The notes: generated by a model from the sequence alone, not told the origin. A DNA stretch of 29,402 nt from Candidatus Iainarchaeum sp. (GCA_028713935.1 JAQTNI010000013.1:1-29402); one strand, 5' to 3'; positions 15,977-24,661 are shown, numbered from the stretch's first letter. Numbers and translations are program-made.

Positions 15977-16089
15977 AAAAAATCTGCAAAACAAAAGCAT
16001 TATAAAAAACGCTTTCAGTAAGGCAATTGCCGAAAAGAAGAAAACAAACTATTTTAAAACAAAAAGAGCAATAACTTAATTGAAAACAA

Positions 16090-17217
16090 ATGCAGGCTAA
16101 AACAAAAACAAGCATTATAATTTGCATTACGCTTTTTGCTTTGCTTTTTCTTCTGGGTTGTGCCCAGCAATCTACAAGCCAAAACCCAGTTGTTAAAGTG
16201 GGGGCTGTTTTGCCTTTAAGCGGTGTCAGAGCTGATGGCGGGGCATATGCAACCAAAGGATTGAACATGGCCTTGGATGAAATCAATAGTGATTCCCAAA
16301 GAAAATTTGCAATTGACTTGGTTTTTGAAGACAGCGAGTACAAGCCAGAAATTGCTGCAAGCGCAATGCAAAAATTAGTCGCAATAGATGGAATAAAATT
16401 TGTTATTGGAGAATGGGGCTCAAGCCCTACTCTTGCAATGGCACCAATTGCAGAAAAAAACAAAGTCATTATGATTACTCCCTGGGCGCAATCCGATGAA
16501 ATTACTACTGCAGGAGACCATATTTTTAGAACGCAAATTAACACAAAACAAGAAAGCGCTTTTTTTGCAGAATTCCTTTCCAAGAGAACAAAAGAGGTTC
16601 AAATTATTGGAATTAACACTGCCTATTTGACATCATACATTGCTGCTTTTCAGCCAGCATTCGAAAAACTGGGCTGCAAAATCGGTTCAATCGAAAAAGC
16701 TGGCGCAGAACAAACAGACATGAAAACAGAACTGACAAAAATAAAAGCTGCAAATCCAACAGACATCCTGATTGTTTCAGTGCCAAAACAAACAGGATTA
16801 ATATTAAAGCAAGCCAAAGAACTTGGGATTGAAGCCAATTTTTATGCCACTTCCCCGATTGAAGGAAGCGAATTATTGAAAGCAGCTGGCGATGCTGCAG
16901 AAGGCCTTATTTTTCCTTATCCTTACAATCCAAATGATACCAGAGAAATAGCAAAAACATACAGACAAAAATATTTGGCAAAATTTGGAGAGGAAAACGA
17001 AGCTGGCAGCGCCATCTGCTATGACACTTTGTACATTCTAAGCAATTGTTTTGAAAAAGTTGGCACTGAAACAGAAAAAGCCAAACAATGCCTCTATGAC
17101 ACACAAAATTTTGACGGGGCATCCGGAACAATTTCTTTCGACAAAAACGGAGACGTAACAAAAAACTTTATTATAAAAACAATCAAAAATGGAAAATTTG
17201 TTGTTTATGAAGAATAA
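16090..17217 (+). CDS. ABC transporter substrate-binding protein, Liv-type family, lipobox; paralog 3
   Basis: Lipobox LFLLGCAQQS. Motifs are VKVGAVLPLSG, EDSEYKPEIA (no Cys), GEWGSSPT (no Cys), DMKTELTKIKAANPTDILI, LKQAKELGIEA, AAEGLIF, GASGTISFDKNGD and IKNGKFVVYEE. Confidence 0.9.
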   Translation: MQAKTKTSIIICITLFALLFLLGCAQQSTSQNPVVKVGAVLPLSGVRADGGAYATKGLNMALDEINSDSQRKFAIDLVFEDSEYKPEIAASAMQKLVAIDGIKFVIGEWGSSPTLAMAPIAEKNKVIMITPWAQSDEITTAGDHIFRTQINTKQESAFFAEFLSKRTKEVQIIGINTAYLTSYIAAFQPAFEKLGCKIGSIEKAGAEQTDMKTELTKIKAANPTDILIVSVPKQTGLILKQAKELGIEANFYATSPIEGSELLKAAGDAAEGLIFPYPYNPNDTREIAKTYRQKYLAKFGEENEAGSAICYDTLYILSNCFEKVGTETEKAKQCLYDTQNFDGASGTISFDKNGDVTKNFIIKTIKNGKFVVYEE

Positions 17218-18334
17218 GATTTTTTTGGAGGTCGTAATTTTTGCAATTGCGGCAACAATTTTGCTTGCAGGCTGCACTAATCCAAACCAGCCAAAATCAG
17301 AGCCCATTATGATTGGAGCGCCTTTGTCTCTTACGGGGGCGACAGCTTCTTTTGGAGAAAGGGTCAGAAACAGCATGGAAATTGCAATCAAGGAAATCAA
17401 TTCGGAACAGGCCACTTTTGAGCTTATTCCAGTTTACGAGGACACCCAGAGCGAAACCGCAAAGGCAGTTGACTCTGCAAAAAAGCTTATTGAAATAGAC
17501 AAAGTAAACATCCTTTTTGGTGTTGTAAGGTCGAATGAAGTAATGGCAATTGCACCTTTGACCGAAGAAAAAAAGATTATCTTGTTCACCCCAATGGCGG
17601 GTTCTGATGCTATTTCTTCTGCCGGTGATTTTGTTTTCAGGAACAGGGAAACAGCTTCATTGCATGGAAAACAAATGGCAGAATTTCTTTTTCAAAAAGG
17701 CTTCAGAAACATTGCAATTGTACGGGCAGAATCGGAAAACAGTATTTCCTATGCAAAGTTTTTTTCCAAGCGCTTCGAAGAACTTGGAGGAAAAATAGTT
17801 TTCAATTCAGCTTACAATGAAAAGGAAACTGATTTCAGGACAATTATTTCCCAAATTATGGAAAAAAACCCAGAATCTATCTACCTTTCGCCTGCAGCGG
17901 ATAAAGACGGAGGGTTTTTTGTAAAGCAATTAGGGGAAATGGGTTTTTCGGGGCAAATTGCAAGTTCTATTTCAATAGAAGGCCCTGGTTTTATCAAAAA
18001 TGCCGGAGAGGCAGCCGAAAATACTTTGATTACTTACCCTACTCTGGATAAAACAAATCCCAAAGCAGAAGAATTCTCAAAAAAATACTTTTCTCAATAT
18101 GGTTCAGAACCTGATTTTGTGGCTGCGAACTCTTATGATGGAATAAGAATTCTGTTTAATGCAATTATTTTCTGCAATAGTGATGAGCCTGCGTGCATAA
18201 GAGACTATTTGTACAGTGTAAAAGATTACAACGGCATTGGAGGCAACACAACTTTTGATTCAAATGGAGACGTAATAAAACCCCTTACAATAGAAATCAT
18301 GCACAATGGAGAATTTGTCAAGTATGAAAAATGA
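17207..18334 (+). CDS. ABC transporter substrate-binding protein, Liv-type family, lipobox; paralog 4
   Basis: Lipobox ILLAGCTNPN. Motifs are IMIGAPLSLTG, EDTQSETAKA, DFRTIISQIMEKNPESIYL, VKQLGEMGF, GIGGNTTFDSNGD and MHNGEFVKYEK. The start is taken at the ATG at 17207 (MKNKIF), giving an 11-nt overlap with paralog 3. The alternative ATG at 17189 cannot be excluded. Confidence 0.85.
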   Translation: MKNKIFLEVVIFAIAATILLAGCTNPNQPKSEPIMIGAPLSLTGATASFGERVRNSMEIAIKEINSEQATFELIPVYEDTQSETAKAVDSAKKLIEIDKVNILFGVVRSNEVMAIAPLTEEKKIILFTPMAGSDAISSAGDFVFRNRETASLHGKQMAEFLFQKGFRNIAIVRAESENSISYAKFFSKRFEELGGKIVFNSAYNEKETDFRTIISQIMEKNPESIYLSPAADKDGGFFVKQLGEMGFSGQIASSISIEGPGFIKNAGEAAENTLITYPTLDKTNPKAEEFSKKYFSQYGSEPDFVAANSYDGIRILFNAIIFCNSDEPACIRDYLYSVKDYNGIGGNTTFDSNGDVIKPLTIEIMHNGEFVKYEK

Positions 18335-18336
18335 GT

Positions 18337-19317
18337 TCAGTCAGTGGCAACGTAAGTGTATTTGAGCGATTCTCTTAATGTTAGTATTTCAATGTTTTTT
18401 ATTATGTCCCAGAATTTTTCCCTTAAAATAACAATGAATTCATCTAATTTTTTTTCAGATGCTTCCAGTTCAAGGCTTAAATCGTATGCGCCGATTGAAG
18501 AGAGCCACCATATTACGTTTGGATGCTGCATTGTAAAACTGCGCAGTGCTTTTTCCCTTGTTTTTGAAAGGTTTTTGAAATTAAGCAGAACAAGGTATGT
18601 TGAATAACCAATTTTTTCAAGATTAAGAAGAACACCGTGGCCTAAAAGTATTTTTTGTTTTTCAAGCTGCTTTATCCTGTTCCTGATTGTATCTGGGCTT
18701 GCATTGAATTTTTGTGCCATTTCAATGAAAGAAAGCCTGCTGTTTGCAGACAATTGGTTCAAAATTTTTTTGTCCAATTCATCAATTTGCTTTTGCCTGA
18801 ATTCGCCATCATATTCCTGCATTTCTATGGGGTTGCCGCCATAAAGATAAGCCCGATTAAAATTGAAAACTTCGTAATAAGAAACAATTTCTTTTTCCTG
18901 AATAAAATCTTCAAAACCAGCAATCATTTCAGAAAAAAGCTGCATAAAATGTTTCGGGTTATTGACAAACAGGGAAATAACCATGTCCCAATGGCCTCTG
19001 CACAAGGCAACCCAATTTACAAAGCCACAGTCAACAGCCCTTTTTACAATTGCTTTTTCCTTTTCAGCTGAAAGATTCTGGAAACGCAAAAAAACCCTGT
19101 AGCCAACAGGAAACAAAGCGCCTCTGCTGATAATGCAATAAATCTTGTTAATAAGCCCGGAATTGACCAAGCGCTCAATCCTGTAAGCAACAACGTGCTC
19201 GTTCACAGAAGCCAGTTTTGCAATTGCCTTGCTAGGCATTCTTGAATTCTGCTCCAAGGCCTTAATAATTTTCAAATCAACCTTATCAATGTTAGGAAAA
19301 ACCTCTTTCATATGCAT
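18337..19317 (-). CDS. tandem (duplicated) Lrp/AsnC family transcriptional regulator, 326 aa
   Basis: The polypeptide contains two complete HTH plus effector-domain modules. The first is DLKIIKALEQNSRMPSKAIAKLASVNEHVVAYRIERLVNSGLI followed by a RAM-like half. The second is DKKILNQLSANSRLSFIEMAQKFNASPDTIRNRIKQLEKQKIL followed by a second RAM-like half. Confidence 0.85.
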   Translation of the reverse strand: MHMKEVFPNIDKVDLKIIKALEQNSRMPSKAIAKLASVNEHVVAYRIERLVNSGLINKIYCIISRGALFPVGYRVFLRFQNLSAEKEKAIVKRAVDCGFVNWVALCRGHWDMVISLFVNNPKHFMQLFSEMIAGFEDFIQEKEIVSYYEVFNFNRAYLYGGNPIEMQEYDGEFRQKQIDELDKKILNQLSANSRLSFIEMAQKFNASPDTIRNRIKQLEKQKILLGHGVLLNLEKIGYSTYLVLLNFKNLSKTREKALRSFTMQHPNVIWWLSSIGAYDLSLELEASEKKLDEFIVILREKFWDIIKNIEILTLRESLKYTYVATD

Positions 19318-19322
19318 AAAAA

Positions 19323-19355
19323 CTATAAAAATAGTTAAAAATCTATTTTTTATAG
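19323..19355. promoter_or_regulatory. AT-rich inverted repeat in the divergent Lrp / binding-protein-5 promoter region (candidate operator overlapping TATA-like elements)
   Basis: CTATAAAAATAG (19323-19334) and CTATTTTTTATAG (19343-19355) are reverse complements except for one extra T, separated by 8 nt. The repeat lies 6-38 nt upstream of the Lrp start. A SD-like GGGGAG at 19411-19416 precedes the ATG at 19425. Confidence 0.4.
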
Positions 19356-19424
19356 AAAAAATATTTAAAAAATCTTATTAATGCCAAAAGCAGAGGCTTG
19401 TGTATTGTTCGGGGAGAAAAAACT

Positions 19425-20564
19425 ATGAAAAATCTAGCGGTTTTTGGCATTATGGCAGTTGTTGCAGTCGCCCTGATTATAATTGCGCTTGGATTTAACG
19501 GTTTTTTCAATTTGCAGGATGCTAAACAAGCACCAGTTCAGATTGGCGTGATTATGCCGCTTACGGGAGATGCTGCTCTGTATGGGGAAAGTATGGGAAC
19601 TGCCCTTGAACTTGCCAGAGAGGAAATTAATTCTAACGGGGGAATTATTGGAAAACAGGTTGAATTTGTTATTGAGGATTCTGCCTGCGATACAAAGGCA
19701 GGAGTGAATGCAGTAAACAGCCTGATTAATTTGAAAGGAATGAAAATAATTATTGCTGCAGATTGTTCAGGTCCCACTCTTGCGGCAGCGCCGATAGCAG
19801 AAAAAGCCAAAGTTTTTTACCTTGTGGCAATTGCAACTAACCCGGACATCAAATATGCCGGCGATTACATATTCAGAATTGCGCCAAGCGATTCCTTCCA
19901 AGGGAAAGACCTTGCACAGGCGGTTTACAAAAAAGGCTTGGCAAATGCAACAATTTTGTTTGTAGAAAGCTCTTATGGCCAGGGAATTGAAAAAATTTTC
20001 AAAGAAGAATTCGGAAAACTTGGCGGAAAAATTTCTTTAAGCCAGGGATTCAGCCAGACTGACTCTGATTTCAGGGCACAGTTAACAAAAATCAAAGATT
20101 CAAAATTTGATTCAATTATCATCATTGGTTACCCCCAATCATACGGGCTAATTTTAAAGCAAATGAATGAACTTGGAATCAAAGGGCAAATTTTTGCATC
20201 AGACACTTTCAAAGACAGTGCGCTCATACAAGATTTAGGGCCCCTCGCTGAAGGAATAATTTTTACAGGGTTTGCGGAAAAAAATTCAAGCGAATTTCTG
20301 GAATTCAAGGAGGCATACAAAAAAAGGTTCGGAAAGGACCTGGGGCCTTATGCGGAATACGGCTATGACAGCCTTTATGTTTTGAAAACAGGAATTGAAC
20401 TCGCAAAAAGCTTTGATCCGGAAATCCTGAAACAAAAATTTTACGGGGTAGAATTCAACGGAGCAACAGGGCTGACAGAATTCGATAGCTTTGGGGAAGT
20501 AACAAGCAAACACTTTGACATTTTAACAATAAAAAATGGAGAATTTGTAACTTACAAAGAATAA
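19425..20564 (+). CDS. ABC transporter substrate-binding protein, Liv-type family, N-terminal TM anchor without lipobox Cys; paralog 5
   Basis: N-terminus MKNLAVFGIMAVVAVALIIIALGFNGFF has no Cys. Motifs are VQIGVIMPLTGD, EDSACDTKAGV, AADCSGPT, FRIAPSD, DFRAQLTKIKDSKFDSIII, LKQMNELGI, GATGLTEFDSFGE and IKNGEFVTYKE. The ATG at 19425 is preferred over the non-ATG ORF-track start at 19398. Confidence 0.9.
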   Translation: MKNLAVFGIMAVVAVALIIIALGFNGFFNLQDAKQAPVQIGVIMPLTGDAALYGESMGTALELAREEINSNGGIIGKQVEFVIEDSACDTKAGVNAVNSLINLKGMKIIIAADCSGPTLAAAPIAEKAKVFYLVAIATNPDIKYAGDYIFRIAPSDSFQGKDLAQAVYKKGLANATILFVESSYGQGIEKIFKEEFGKLGGKISLSQGFSQTDSDFRAQLTKIKDSKFDSIIIIGYPQSYGLILKQMNELGIKGQIFASDTFKDSALIQDLGPLAEGIIFTGFAEKNSSEFLEFKEAYKKRFGKDLGPYAEYGYDSLYVLKTGIELAKSFDPEILKQKFYGVEFNGATGLTEFDSFGEVTSKHFDILTIKNGEFVTYKE

Positions 20565-21281
20565 TTATTTTTTTGCCATTTTCCATAACAGTTCAAAGTG
20601 GTGCTTGAAGTTTTCTGCAACTTCTTTGCTTGAAATAACTGTTGCAAAAGGGGTTTCTGCCCAGATTACAATTGCAACCTTTTCACCGAAAACAAAGGTA
20701 GTAACCGGCCCTGAAGAATATTCGTCAGGGATAAAGCGAAAGCTTGCATAAGCCTCTTTGATGCCCTGGGTTGTTTTTGAAGAAATGTTTACAACAATCC
20801 TTGACCTGATTTTTTTCTCAATTTTTCTTTTCTGGAAAGCAGAAAAATCGTGCCCCATTATTTCAAAAAACCTGCCCCCGGAGCCAAATGCAACATAGGA
20901 ATTGTAATTCAGGATATCCTGCAAAATGGATTTGATTCCTTTTTTTCCCTTGTAAATGTTTGATTCTTCTTTCTCCTTGCTTGCAAAAAACATTTTGTTG
21001 AGTTCGGGCAAAAGGTCTGAAGCAATTTTTTCCTGTTCCTTCAGCAATTCCAAAAACCTGCTCGGCGCTGCAGGAAAAAAAAGCTTTCTGTTTGCTTCAA
21101 TGGAAAAAGCCACAAGGCCTTTTGCAATAAGCCTTTCAAGCGCATCATAAGTGCTTGTCCTGTTAACCTGTGTCTGCTTGCTGATTTTTCCGGCCTGCGC
21201 AGAACCCAAGCGAAGCAAAGCCAAATAAATCCTGCTCTCGTTTGCATTCAAGCCAAATTTTTCAAGGGCACGGGAATCCAT
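20565..21281 (-). CDS. TrmB family transcriptional regulator, 238 aa
   Basis: The N-terminus LEKFGLNANESRIYLALLRLGSAQAGKISKQTQVNRTSTYDALERLIAKGLV is the typical TrmB wHTH, followed by a C-terminal effector-type domain. Its stop directly abuts the stop of paralog 5. Confidence 0.8.
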   Translation of the reverse strand: MDSRALEKFGLNANESRIYLALLRLGSAQAGKISKQTQVNRTSTYDALERLIAKGLVAFSIEANRKLFFPAAPSRFLELLKEQEKIASDLLPELNKMFFASKEKEESNIYKGKKGIKSILQDILNYNSYVAFGSGGRFFEIMGHDFSAFQKRKIEKKIRSRIVVNISSKTTQGIKEAYASFRFIPDEYSSGPVTTFVFGEKVAIVIWAETPFATVISSKEVAENFKHHFELLWKMAKK

Positions 21282-21388
21282 AAAGAAAGGCTTGGATGCG
21301 AGTATTTTTAATTATATTTAACTGTTGTAAGGAAACTCACAACAAAAATATTTAGCGCCCTTTGAAAGAAGTTATTTAGGGGGCGCTT

Positions 21389-22537
21389 ATGGATTCAAGG
21401 TTTTCAGCAATAGCAGCAGCCATAATCATTATTGCAATTGTGGGTGTTATTGGCTTTGGCATTACTGGTTTTTTCAGTTTGCCTTCAAATGAAAATGCGA
21501 TAAAAATTGGGGCAATTTTGCCTCTAACCGGAAAGAATGCGCGTTATGGAGAACTTGAAAAAACAGGCTTGGAAATGGCTTTGCAGGAAATTAATGCAAA
21601 CAACGGGATTAATGGCAAAAAACTGGAGATTGTTTATGAGGATTCCCAAGCTGATGCAAAGCAGGCCATTGCAGCATGGAGAAACATAAGGCTTGATTCG
21701 GGCGTGCCATTGATTATTTCTGGCTTGAGCAATATTGGAATGGCTTTGAGCCCTGTTGCAAATTCTGACAAAACTGTTTTGTTTGCAACTGACTGCTCTG
21801 CCGCCCAATTTTCAAGCGCGAATGATTTCACTTTCAGGATTACTAACAGCAATGCAATTGAAGGCGAAGAAATGGCTGTTTTTTTGCTTTCAAAAAGCAT
21901 TGATTCAATTGCTGTTTTGAAAATCAACAATGATTACGGAGAAGGCTTGTTTCCTGCCTTTGAAAAAAGATTTTTGCTGGGAAACGGAAAAATCGAAATT
22001 TTCCAGGCTTATTCCCAGGAACAAAGGGATTTCAAGACAGAATTAAGCAGGATAAAAGAATCAAAAGCGCAGGCAATTTATTTTATTTCTTACGGGCCTG
22101 ACGCAGAAATAATAGTTAAGCAAATAAAAGAATTCGGGATTAATTTGCCTTTATTCGCTGCTGAACCAATTGAAAACAATGACTTCTTGAAAAATTCAGG
22201 GGAAGCTGCTGAAGGAATTATTTATTTGAAGGCAGCACTTGCAGGCATAAAAGGGGAAGAATTTGCTGAAAAAGCCAAAGCCCGAATAGGAAGGCATCCT
22301 GAAACTAATATTGCAAGAGCATATGATTTGCTGTACGTTGCCTCAAAAGCAATCCAAGAATGCGACTTAGCAAAGAACTTGAATTCTCAGTGCGTAAAAG
22401 AGCAGTTGTACAAAACAAGCTTTGAAGGAGTTCTCGGCAAAATAAGTTTTGACCAGAACGGAGACGTGCATATTCCTTATGCCTTGAAAATAATAAAGAA
22501 TGGGCAATTTGTGCTTTATGAAAACAACCAGAGTTGA
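21389..22537 (+). CDS. ABC transporter substrate-binding protein, Liv-type family, N-terminal TM anchor without lipobox Cys; paralog 6
   Basis: N-terminus AIAAAIIIIAIVGVIGFGITGFF has no Cys. Motifs are IKIGAILPLTGK, EDSQADAKQA, FRITNSN, DFKTELSRIKESKAQAIYF, VKQIKEFGI, AAEGIIY, GKISFDQNGD and IKNGQFVLYE. A SD-like AGGGGG lies at 21378-21383. Confidence 0.9.
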   Translation: MDSRFSAIAAAIIIIAIVGVIGFGITGFFSLPSNENAIKIGAILPLTGKNARYGELEKTGLEMALQEINANNGINGKKLEIVYEDSQADAKQAIAAWRNIRLDSGVPLIISGLSNIGMALSPVANSDKTVLFATDCSAAQFSSANDFTFRITNSNAIEGEEMAVFLLSKSIDSIAVLKINNDYGEGLFPAFEKRFLLGNGKIEIFQAYSQEQRDFKTELSRIKESKAQAIYFISYGPDAEIIVKQIKEFGINLPLFAAEPIENNDFLKNSGEAAEGIIYLKAALAGIKGEEFAEKAKARIGRHPETNIARAYDLLYVASKAIQECDLAKNLNSQCVKEQLYKTSFEGVLGKISFDQNGDVHIPYALKIIKNGQFVLYENNQS

Positions 22538-22577
22538 CTGAAAATGCTTTTTAACCTGTTTTTGCAATATTAATTGC

Positions 22578-23315
22578 ATGCTTTCAATTCAAAACCTTCA
22601 CAAGCGCTTTGGCGGAGTAAAAGCAGTTGACGACTGCAGTTTTCAGGTGAAAGAAGGAACAATTACTGCTTTAATTGGCCCTAATGGTTCTGGAAAAACA
22701 ACTGTTTTCAATTTAGTTTGTGGAGTTTTGCAGCCTGATTCGGGAAAAATTGTTTTTTCTGGAAAGCAGATTTCAAAATTAAAGCCAGAAACAATTTCAA
22801 ATTTAGGAATTTCAAGACTGTTCCAGCAGGCAAGGCTATTCGGAAACATTACTGTAAGGGAGAATCTGCTTTTGGCTTTTGACAACGAAGACACAAAATT
22901 CTGGAAAAATTTTTTTGGAATGAATCCTGTTGCAAAGCAAAAAGAAGAAAAAGTAAGCGAGGTTCTGAAAACAATTGGAATGGAAAAATTTGAAAACAAG
23001 CAGGCAAAAGAACTAAGTTATGGGCAAAAAAGGCTTGTGGAACTTGCAAGGGCAATGATTAACCCGCACAAATTGCTGATGCTTGACGAGCCAGTTGCAG
23101 GAGTAAACCCAAAACTGCGTAGAGAAATAGCAGAACTGCTTTTGAAACTCAAAAAACAGGGAGAAACAGTTTTTTTAATTGAACACGACATGAATTTTAC
23201 GCTTGGAGTAGCGGATAACGTAGTTGTAATGGACGAAGGAAAAGTAATTGCAGAAGGCACCCCGCAGAAAATAAAGGATAATACAAGGGTTTTGGAAGCG
23301 TATCTGGGGGAATAA
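22578..23315 (+). CDS. livG: branched-chain amino acid type ABC transporter ATP-binding protein, LivG family
   Basis: Walker A GPNGSGKTT, signature LSYGQKRLVELARAM, Walker B LLMLDEP and the LivG-type C-terminus VLEAYLGE. Confidence 0.9.
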   Translation: MLSIQNLHKRFGGVKAVDDCSFQVKEGTITALIGPNGSGKTTVFNLVCGVLQPDSGKIVFSGKQISKLKPETISNLGISRLFQQARLFGNITVRENLLLAFDNEDTKFWKNFFGMNPVAKQKEEKVSEVLKTIGMEKFENKQAKELSYGQKRLVELARAMINPHKLLMLDEPVAGVNPKLRREIAELLLKLKKQGETVFLIEHDMNFTLGVADNVVVMDEGKVIAEGTPQKIKDNTRVLEAYLGE

Positions 23316-23368
23316 AAAAAGAACATCAACAAAATGGAATAAGCCGGTGCTAATTGGCAGTGATAAGG

Positions 23369-23399
23369 TTTAAATATTTATACTAATTACTAATTAGTA
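23369..23399 (+). promoter_or_regulatory. TATA-like TTTAAATA (23369-23376) followed by a perfect 19-bp palindrome TACTAATTA-C-TAATTAGTA (23381-23399) ending 2 nt before the ATG
   Basis: Read directly from the sequence. The palindrome has 9+1+9 symmetry with no mismatch. The geometry fits a leaderless promoter with an operator over the transcription start. Confidence 0.45.
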
Positions 23400-23401
23400 C
23401 T

Positions 23402-24661
23402 ATGGATAAGGAGCTTTTAAGGCAGATTGTGGCCCAGCAGAAGAATGGGTTGTTTGGGAACAAAACCATAAAAAGAGAGCTTTTGGATGAAATTTCAGGC
23501 AGTTTCAAAGACAACCGCATAATAATTCTTACAGGAATAAGGCGCTGCGGCAAATCCACTTTGCTAACGCAGTTAATGGAGACAAAAAAAAAGTATTGCT
23601 ATGTAAATTTTGAGGATGAACGGTTTATTGATTTCAAAGCACAGGATTTTGAACAATTAAACGAAGTTTTGATTGAAATTTATGGAAACCCGGAAACATA
23701 TTTTTTTGATGAAGTACAAAACATTGAAAAGTTTGAAACATTTGTAAGAAGGCTCCAAGACCAGGGGAAAAAAGTCATTATTACTGGTTCTAATGCTTCT
23801 CTTTTGAGCAAAGAGCTTGGCACAAGGCTTACTGGAAGATACAAGGCTTTTGGAGTTTACCCTTTTTCATTTTCAGAGTTTTTGGCTTTCAAAAAAATTG
23901 TGCCTGAAAAAAACTGGTTTTTTTTGGCAGAAAAAAAAGTGAAACTTGCAAGCTTGTTCAGCGAATACCTCCTTGAAGGCGGCCTGCCGGAATATTTGAA
24001 ATACAAAGACACTACCTATGTGAAAACTGTCTTTGAAAACATTTTGTACAGGGACATTATTGCACGCTACTCAATAAGAAGGCAGAAACTGGTTAAAGAA
24101 CTTGTGAATATTCTTGCAACAAATGTTTCTTTGCTTTTTACCTATAATGCATTGAAAAAATCGCTTGGATTGTCAAACGCAATTACAGTAAAGGAATACG
24201 TGTCTTATCTGGAAAATTCTTTTTTGTTTTTTGAAATGCAAAAATTTGATTTTTCAGTCAGGAAACAGCTGAATGCCCCAAAAAAAATTTTTTTGGCAGA
24301 TTCCGCCTTTCACAAAATCAGCGGGGCAAATTTTTCTCCCAACAAAGGCAGATTACTGGAAAACCTTGTTTTTATAGAATTAAAAAGAAGGGGCGAGGAA
24401 ACATTTTATTATGCGGGAAACAAAGAATGCGATTTTTTGGTTAAAAATGGAACCAAAATTAAAGAAGCCATGCAAGTCTGCTATGTTTTAAACAAAGAAA
24501 ACAGGGAAAGAGAGCTTAACGGGTTAATTGAAGCAATGCAAAAATTCAAGCTAAAACAAGGCATTATACTGACATTTGAACAAGAAGAAGAAATAAAAAT
24601 AAAAAACAAAAAAATAAAAATAGTTCCCACATTCAAATGGCTATTGGAAAACAAATGGTAA
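23402..24661 (+). CDS. AAA-type ATPase of the archaeal/bacterial DUF4143 (COG1373-like) family, 419 aa
   Basis: Walker A GIRRCGKSTLL, Walker B YFFDEVQN, and a C-terminal region with a nuclease-like fold pattern (ECDFLV). This architecture is typical of stand-alone ATP-binding proteins annotated as ATPase (AAA+ superfamily) with DUF4143. Confidence 0.8.
   Translation: MDKELLRQIVAQQKNGLFGNKTIKRELLDEISGSFKDNRIIILTGIRRCGKSTLLTQLMETKKKYCYVNFEDERFIDFKAQDFEQLNEVLIEIYGNPETYFFDEVQNIEKFETFVRRLQDQGKKVIITGSNASLLSKELGTRLTGRYKAFGVYPFSFSEFLAFKKIVPEKNWFFLAEKKVKLASLFSEYLLEGGLPEYLKYKDTTYVKTVFENILYRDIIARYSIRRQKLVKELVNILATNVSLLFTYNALKKSLGLSNAITVKEYVSYLENSFLFFEMQKFDFSVRKQLNAPKKIFLADSAFHKISGANFSPNKGRLLENLVFIELKRRGEETFYYAGNKECDFLVKNGTKIKEAMQVCYVLNKENRERELNGLIEAMQKFKLKQGIILTFEQEEEIKIKNKKIKIVPTFKWLLENKW

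Noticed and set aside
15677-16021. 114-aa plus-strand ORF overlapping the His-motif gene
   Set aside because: It is antisense to the minus-strand gene that forms a coherent pair with the wHTH gene. Its translation is Phe/Leu/Cys-rich and unstructured-looking. The minus-strand reading is preferred, although neither can be proven from sequence alone.
17038-17415. 125-aa minus-strand ORF spanning the SBP3/SBP4 junction
   Set aside because: It is antisense to two confidently identified binding-protein genes and has no recognisable features.
18655-19071. 138-aa plus-strand ORF inside the Lrp/AsnC gene
   Set aside because: It is antisense to a protein with two clear Lrp/AsnC modules. It is a shadow ORF.
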